Made by a program: the position numbers and the translations under genes. Under the pieces are notes generated by a model. It was given only the letters and a program-made list of their open reading frames with translations, searched no databases and was not told the DNA's origin. Of a DNA stretch of 64,000 nucleotides, positions 58,500 to 64,000 are shown piece after piece. The stretch covers positions 352,001-416,000 of the forward strand of contig CBDAOI010000003.1 of the NCBI GenBank assembly GCA_965198005.1, in the 5' to 3' direction. Origin of the DNA: Spirochaetia bacterium (lineage in GTDB: Bacteria > Spirochaetota > Spirochaetia > SZUA-6 > Bin103). Each line of letters begins with the position of its first letter. Position 1 is the stretch's first letter.

Positions 58500-58769
58500 G
58501 CGCCACCGTGTACGATGATCGGCGAACTATTGCAAGGCGGCGGTGGGTCCGGTCGGTGATGGCATTGCCGCCGACTGCAGATGCAGCCGTTCCTGAGCAC
58601 GGAACTGGAGCAGCGCGGGTTCGTCCCCATCATGTGGGCGCACATCGGCTGGACCCACTTCTTTACCAGCCGGCCGAGTACGCCGCTCACCGCCGCCGCG
58701 TTTCACATCGCCCCGGCCGCCTTCGAGCGCGTGGTGGCGGCAACCGGACGGTAGCCGACGGACTCCAGG

Positions 58770-59489
58770 TCACTTGAACGCCAGCTCGCCGGCCAGCGCC
58801 AGGCCGAACCCCAGCACCGCTCCGAGCGGCGGCGTCCAGTGGCGCGCCATCCGGGCCTGGGGCGCGATGTCCTGGAAGGTGAGATAGAGGATGCCGCCGG
58901 CGGCGAACAGCATGATGCCGCCCAGCACGGCCGCCTGATCGGCCAGCCACAGCCAGCCGATCGTGCCGCACACCGGGCCGAGCAGCGCGAGCAGCAGCAT
59001 CCGGCGCAGCGCGCCGCCGCGGCGGCCGTGCCCGGCCAGCTCGCGCCAGGCGTTGAAGCCCTCGGGCAGGTTCTGCAGTCCGATCAGCAGCGCCAGCAGC
59101 ACCGCCCCGCCGGCGCCGGCGGCGAGCATCCCGCCCAGGGCCAGCGATTCCGGCAGGAAGTCCGCCGCCATGGCGATGAACTGGGGCGCCGCGCGGCGCC
59201 GCTTCGCCAGGCCGCGGTCGAGCAGCATGAAGGCCGTGCCGCCGGCCAGCACCAGCGCGGTGGCCACCAGCGGCTGCGGCAGGCGCGCGGCCCCTTCCGG
59301 GATCAGCACCAGGGCCACGGCGCCGACCAGCACGCCGCCGCCGAAGGCGATCACGGCGTGGCGAAACTCCGCCTCCAGCCAGCGCGGAACCAGGTGCTTG
59401 ATCCGGGCGATGCCCGCCCCGAGCGGGATGGCGCCGCCGGCCAGCGCCGTCCACAGCAACAGCTCTGCGAATCCTGCGAATCGATCCAT
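58770..59489 (-). CDS. ZIP family metal transporter
   Basis: DFLPESLALG, LQNLPEGF, AAGGILYL..DIAP; multiple TM segments. Confidence 0.8.
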   Translation of the reverse strand: MDRFAGFAELLLWTALAGGAIPLGAGIARIKHLVPRWLEAEFRHAVIAFGGGVLVGAVALVLIPEGAARLPQPLVATALVLAGGTAFMLLDRGLAKRRRAAPQFIAMAADFLPESLALGGMLAAGAGGAVLLALLIGLQNLPEGFNAWRELAGHGRRGGALRRMLLLALLGPVCGTIGWLWLADQAAVLGGIMLFAAGGILYLTFQDIAPQARMARHWTPPLGAVLGFGLALAGELAFK

Positions 59490-59562
59490 GTTGGGCCACC
59501 TCACGGCACCGCCCGGCGGCCGGCGAAGCGCGACCGCACATCGGGCCGTAGTACAGGGCATT

Positions 59563-60267
59563 ATGTCCTATACCACGGCCGGTACGACCACCATTCGCGA
59601 ACTGCCCAGCGGCGAGCGTCCGCGCGAGCGGCTGCTGGCGCTGGGGGCGGGCGCGCTCGCCAATTCCGAGCTGATCGCCATTCTGCTGCGCACCGGGGTG
59701 CGCGGCGAGAACGTGCTGAGTCTCGCTACCCGGCTGCTGGCCGAGAACTCGGGTCTGCACGGTCTGCTGCAGGCGTCGGCGTCGGAGCTCGCCGCCCTGC
59801 GCGGGGTCAGCGCAGCGAAGGCGGCCCAGGTAATGGCCGCGCTGGAGCTGGGGCGGCGCGCGGCCACGCTCGCGCCCGCGGACCGGACCATGGTCCGCTC
59901 GCCGGAAGACATTCACCGCTTGCTCGGCGCGGAGCTGGCGCACGCGACGCAGGAGCGGCTGTGCGTGGTCCTGCTCAGCACCAAGCAGGAAGTGCTGCGC
60001 GTGTGCGAGGTGTACCGGGGAACGGTCGACTCCGCCTCGGTGCGCGTCGCCGAGGTGTTGCGCCCGGCGATCAAGGAGAACTGCCCCAACCTGATCGTGG
60101 TGCACAACCACCCGTCGGGCGACCCCACCCCGAGCCCGGACGACGTCCGTGTCACCCGCCGTCTGGTGGCGAGCGCCGAAGCGATGGACATCGACCTCCA
60201 GGATCACCTGGTGATCGGCAGCCGCGGGTTCGTCAGCATGAAGCAGCGCAGCCTGGGCTTCGATTGA
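59563..60267 (+). CDS. radC: RadC/YicR (JAB domain) protein
   Basis: ERPRERL, ELIAILLRTG, HNHPSGDPTPSPDD, DHLVIG. Confidence 0.93.
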   Translation: MSYTTAGTTTIRELPSGERPRERLLALGAGALANSELIAILLRTGVRGENVLSLATRLLAENSGLHGLLQASASELAALRGVSAAKAAQVMAALELGRRAATLAPADRTMVRSPEDIHRLLGAELAHATQERLCVVLLSTKQEVLRVCEVYRGTVDSASVRVAEVLRPAIKENCPNLIVVHNHPSGDPTPSPDDVRVTRRLVASAEAMDIDLQDHLVIGSRGFVSMKQRSLGFD

Positions 60268-60289
60268 TTGGTGTATACTTGCCCTCGAC

Positions 60290-60748
60290 ATGTTGACCGC
60301 AGGCGATCCCGCCCCCGACTTCTCCCTCAGTGACCAGGATGGCGCGACCCATGCGCTGGCCGACTATCGCGGCCGCAAGCTGCTGATCTACTTCTATCCG
60401 CGGGCCGACACCCCCGGCTGCACGCGCCAGTCGTGCGCGGTGCGCGATGCGCGCGGCGATCTGTCCGGCCGCAACGTCGCCGTGGTGGGAATCAGTCCCG
60501 ATACGCCGGAGGACCAGAAGAAGTTCGACGACAAGTTCGAGCTGGGATTCCCCCTGCTCGCCGACGTCGGCCACCGGGTGGCCGAGGCGTACGGGGTGTG
60601 GGGGGAGCGCAAGATGTACGGCCGCACCACCATGGGGATCATCCGTTCCTCCTTTCTGGTGGACGCGGCGGGCACCCTCGAGGCGGTGTGGCACGGAGTG
60701 AAGCCGGAGGCCACCGTGCCCAACGTGCTGGAGCAGACCGGCGGTTGA
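60290..60748 (+). CDS. bcp: Peroxiredoxin Bcp/PrxQ
   Basis: YFYPRADTPGCTRQSC, GISPD, YGVWGER.MYG. Confidence 0.93.
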   Translation: MLTAGDPAPDFSLSDQDGATHALADYRGRKLLIYFYPRADTPGCTRQSCAVRDARGDLSGRNVAVVGISPDTPEDQKKFDDKFELGFPLLADVGHRVAEAYGVWGERKMYGRTTMGIIRSSFLVDAAGTLEAVWHGVKPEATVPNVLEQTGG

Positions 60749-60803
60749 CGCCGTCGGTAGTGCGCTGGCCGCTGGTGCGTACGCGACTGCCACCGTCAGG
60801 TCC

Positions 60804-61927
60804 ATGACCGGCCGTCGCGAGCGGGTGGCGGTGCTGCTCTCCGGCGGCGTCGACAGCGCGGTGGCGCTCGCTCTGCTGTGCGAGGCAGGCCACCGGCCCA
60901 CCGCCTATTACCTCAAGATCTGGCTCGAGGAGGAGTTGGCGTTCCTGGGGAACTGTCCCTGGGAAGAGGATCTGGCGTACGCCCGGGCAGTCTGCCGCGA
61001 CCTGCAGGTTCCGCTCGAGATCATCCCGTTTCAGACCGAGTACCAGCAGGCGGTCGTGGGGTACGTGCTCGGTGCCCTGCGCGCCGGCCATACCCCGAGC
61101 CCGGACGTGCTGTGCAACCGCGCGGTCAAGTTCGGGGCGTTTGCGGACCGCGTCGCCGGCACCGCCGACGCCGTGGCCAGCGGGCACTACGCCCGCTTGG
61201 CACCGGCCGCGGCCGGCCGCCCGCGGCTGCTGCGCGGGGTCGATCCGGTCAAGGACCAGAGCTACTTCCTCGCCTATCTGCGCCCGGAGCGGCTGGCGCG
61301 GCTGCGGTTCCCGCTGGGGGGGCTGCACAAGCGTCAGGTGCGGGCCCTGGCGGAGGCGCGTGGCCTGGCTCCGAGCCGGCGGCCCGACAGTCAGGGCATC
61401 TGCTTCCTCGGCAAGCTCAGCTACCGGTCGTTCGTGCGCGCCCACCTCGGCGAGTGGCCGGGCGAGATCCGCGACCTGACCGGCGGCGCGGGTCTCGGCC
61501 GCCATCGCGGCCACTGGTTCCATACGATCGGTCAGCGCCAGGGGCTGGGACTCGGCAACGGGCCCTGGTACGTGGTGGCCAAGGATCCCGCCGCCAACGT
61601 GGTGTACGTGGCCCATGACCCGGCCGCCGCGGCGCCGCGCGCGGTGCTGCTCACCGGCTGCAACTGGATCGAACCGGTCGCGCCGGCCGACCTGGAGGCC
61701 GGGCCGCTGCTGGTGCGGATCCGGCACGGCGATACGCCGCGCCCGTGCCGCGTCACGCCGGTGGCGGCCGGCCGGCGCCGGTCGACCGCGTACGGCTGAC
61801 CTTCGACCGACCGGTGGCGGGCCTCGCCAGCGGTCAGTTCGCGGTGTTGTACGGCGGCGAGGAAGGCGCGGTGTGCCTCGGCGCCGGCGTCATGGAGCTA
61901 TGCCGTAGCGCTGGATCCAGTTGGTGA
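60804..61927 (+). CDS. mnmA: tRNA 2-thiouridylase MnmA, frameshifted near 61770-61790
   Basis: LSGGVDS, TPSPDVLCN, SGHYA, KDQSYFL, DSQGICF, TIGQRQGL; the C-terminal GQFAVLY..CLGAG is in another frame. Confidence 0.88.
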
Positions 61928-63401
61928 AGGTCTGGTAGCTCGGCAGGCCCACCAGCGCGGCGGCGCGCGTCTTGTTGCCCTGCACCTGGTCGAGCGCCCG
62001 CTGCAGGTAGTGCCGGGCGACCGTGGCCAGCAGCTCCGGCAGGTCGAGCCCCGGCCCCAGCGGCCGCCCCAGCACCGGATCGTCGCCCGGGTCCGCGGTC
62101 ACCGGCAGCAGCGCGTCGCGGACGTCGTCGGCGGAGAGCACGGCATCGGGGGTCCACAGCGCCGCCCGGTTCAGCGTGCTCTGCAGCTCGCGCACGTTGC
62201 CCGGCCAGGAGTGCTCCATGAGAAGGTTCATTGCGCCTTCAGAAAGTGACTTCTCCCGATAGCCGGGTTGCTCGCGGCCGGCCCGGTTCACCACCGCCAG
62301 GCAGTGATCGATCAGGTCGCGCAGGTCTTCCGGCCGCTCGCGCAACGGCGGCAGCCGCAGCACCGCGACCGCGAGGTGATGGAACAGCTCCGGGCGAAAC
62401 GCGCCCGCCGCCACCCGCGCGGCCAGCGGGCGGTTGGTCGCCGCGAACACGCGCACGTCCGCCGGCACGCTGCGCGCGCCGCCCACCGGCAGTACCGCCC
62501 GCGCGCGCAGTGCCGCCAGCAGCGTTACCTGCGCCGGCCGCGGCAGCGCGTCCACCTCGTCGAGCAGCAGGGCCCCACCGGCCGCCTCGAGGAAGGCGCC
62601 TGTGCGGCGCGCCCCGGCGCCCAAAACCGCCCCCTTGGCGTTCCCATACAGCGCGCCCTCCACCATCTCGGGCGGGATGGCGCCACAGTGCACCGTGACG
62701 AAGGGGCAGCCGCGTCGCGGGCCGGCGTTGTGGATCGCACGCGCGAGCAGTTCCTTGCCGGTGCCGAATTCGCCCTCGATCAGCACCGGCACCGAACGCG
62801 GGGCCACCCGCCGCGCGCGCAGCACGACCCGCTGCATCGCCCCGCTGCGCTGCACGATCCCCGCGAACTCCGCCGCCGCGGGCGCCACCCCGGCGCTGAG
62901 CCGTACCAGCGCCTGGTCGGGACGGCGCAGGATCTCGGGCAGCAGCTCCGCCTCGAGATCGGCGGGGACCGACACCGTACGTACCCCGTGCTCCGGCGAC
63001 CACTCGATCAACTCCGCCGGAAACCGGGTCTTCGCGAGGATGATCCAGACCGCAGCCATGGCCGGCGTGCCCGCGTCGAGGTGAAACGTCAGCGCCGCCG
63101 CGCCGCTGCCGTTGGCCGCCGCGGTCTCACACGCGCGCACCGCGGCCCCGTAGACCTCGCCGAACGCCGCCGGCGCGCCGAGCGGTTCGTACAGCACCTG
63201 CAGGTCGACCGCGGCGAACCGCTTCTCGAGCCAGCGCCGGTAGCGCCGCACCCCCTTGCCCGCGCGCTCGGTGAGCAGCACCGCCGCCGCGAACTCACTC
63301 GCGCCCAGGGACTGCGCTACGGGACCGACTGCCTCCGCATCCTCATCCTGAGCCGCCCGCAGATCCCCCCGCCCGATCCACGACACCAGCACCCGCCGCA
63401 T
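61890..63401 (-). CDS. RtcR-like AAA+ (sigma54-interaction family) Fis-HTH regulator
   Basis: N-terminal VLVSWIG..D and GTPAMAAVW; Walker A GEFGTGKE, LLLDEV, SWPGNVREL, NKTRAAALVGL. Confidence 0.85.
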   Translation of the reverse strand: MRRVLVSWIGRGDLRAAQDEDAEAVGPVAQSLGASEFAAAVLLTERAGKGVRRYRRWLEKRFAAVDLQVLYEPLGAPAAFGEVYGAAVRACETAAANGSGAAALTFHLDAGTPAMAAVWIILAKTRFPAELIEWSPEHGVRTVSVPADLEAELLPEILRRPDQALVRLSAGVAPAAAEFAGIVQRSGAMQRVVLRARRVAPRSVPVLIEGEFGTGKELLARAIHNAGPRRGCPFVTVHCGAIPPEMVEGALYGNAKGAVLGAGARRTGAFLEAAGGALLLDEVDALPRPAQVTLLAALRARAVLPVGGARSVPADVRVFAATNRPLAARVAAGAFRPELFHHLAVAVLRLPPLRERPEDLRDLIDHCLAVVNRAGREQPGYREKSLSEGAMNLLMEHSWPGNVRELQSTLNRAALWTPDAVLSADDVRDALLPVTADPGDDPVLGRPLGPGLDLPELLATVARHYLQRALDQVQGNKTRAAALVGLPSYQTFTNWIQRYGIAP

Positions 63402-63446
63402 AACGAGAACGATACTATCACAAAGTTGCTTGTGGCCCGTCGCGTC

Positions 63447-63480
63447 CAAGCCTTGGCAAGCCTTGCCAAGCCTTGCCAAC
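63447..63480. repeat. 10-bp tandem repeat x3.5 of palindromic CAAGCCTTG
   Basis: Units at 63447, 63457, 63467 and a partial unit at 63477. Confidence 0.85.
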
Positions 63481-63489
63481 GGCCTCCTG

Positions 63490-63798
63490 TCACCGTATCG
63501 GCCTCACCCCGCCTCTGCGACCAAGGCCATACCCGACCCTGAAGACGTCCGGGATGTTCACTCGATCGTCGCTCAGCCGCAGGAAGACCCTGAGCGACTC
63601 GAGGTCCAACCGCACGCCGTCAGGACCTCGATCGACGTGTCTCGGGGGCAACTTCACCTCATTCTGCTCCGCCTCTTCGGTCAGACGTTCAAGTACTCCC
63701 TCGTCGCGCCAGCGTTCCGCGATCTCATCGAACTCGCACGGAACCACCTTCCCGGCGAGCGGGCTCAGCCTGATTTGGATGCTCAATGCTCTGAGCAC
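63490..63798 (-). pseudogene. C-terminal fragment of a hypothetical protein
   Basis: Protein-like ending RVNIPDVFRVGYGLGRRGGVRP with no credible start. Confidence 0.35.
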
Positions 63799-63815
63799 CG
63801 GCCGGCCGATATATC

Positions 63816-63847
63816 AACTTGACTAAACGGATCAGGATAGGTAAGAT
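63816..63847 (+). promoter_or_regulatory. sigma70 promoter with Rrf2-type operator
   Basis: TTGACT-17-TAAGAT; imperfect inverted repeat CTTGAC..ATCAGG over the -35 box. Confidence 0.6.
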
Positions 63848-63858
63848 TGCGCCTGGAC

Positions 63859-64000
63859 ATGTTGTCGCTGTCGGCCAAGGCACGCTACGGGTTGCAGGCG
63901 GCCTACGATCTGGCGCAGCACGCCGGTACCGGACCGCGCCAGATCCGGGAGGTGGCCGCGGATCAGGGAATTCCGCAGCACTTTCTGGAGCAGGTGCTGG
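63859..64000 (+). CDS. Rrf2 family transcriptional regulator (partial, runs off the window)
   Basis: Manual translation MLSLSAKARYGLQAAYDLA..QIREVAADQGIPQHFLEQVL. Confidence 0.88.
   Translation, partial: MLSLSAKARYGLQAAYDLAQHAGTGPRQIREVAADQGIPQHFLEQVL

Noticed and set aside
58963-59562. N-terminal extension of RadC (434-aa ORF)
   Set aside because: Antisense to the ZIP gene; RadC homology starts at 59563

Overview
High-GC bacterial chromosome segment containing the replication origin. Several proteins point to the phylum Spirochaetota: L34 ending in SDEKKPY, a GyrA HPHGDQ motif, a TatT/TRAP transporter and a spirochete-type MnmA. The core block is a co-directional minus-strand run dnaA-dnaN-recF-DUF721-rpmH-rnpA-yidD-yidC-jag-gyrB-gyrA. 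It carries DnaA boxes on both sides of dnaA, a B. subtilis-like unwinding element (tandem boxes plus DnaA-trios) between dnaA and dnaN, and two parS sites beyond gyrA. Other intact loci are traB, rdgB, a sigma-like protein, nrnA, an M24 peptidase, argF, tRNA-Leu(GAG), qor, a class Ic (Mn/Fe) ribonucleotide reductase operon led by a small ribbon-helix-helix gene, a DPM synthase-GtrA fusion, a cluster-less MutY, recD2, a TPAT transporter, tatD, a Nudix-PLP enzyme fusion, radC, bcp, mnmA (frameshifted), an RtcR-like AAA+ regulator and the start of an Rrf2 gene. Between these lie eroded accessory patches (about 0.1-3.2, 27.3-27.7, 29.8-39.3 and 43.5-47.7 kb) with deleted gene fragments, IS/MITE ends, and decayed toxin-antitoxin and defence genes. 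No CRISPR array, rRNA or intact integrase was seen. All assignments come from motif recognition by eye; no database searches were run.
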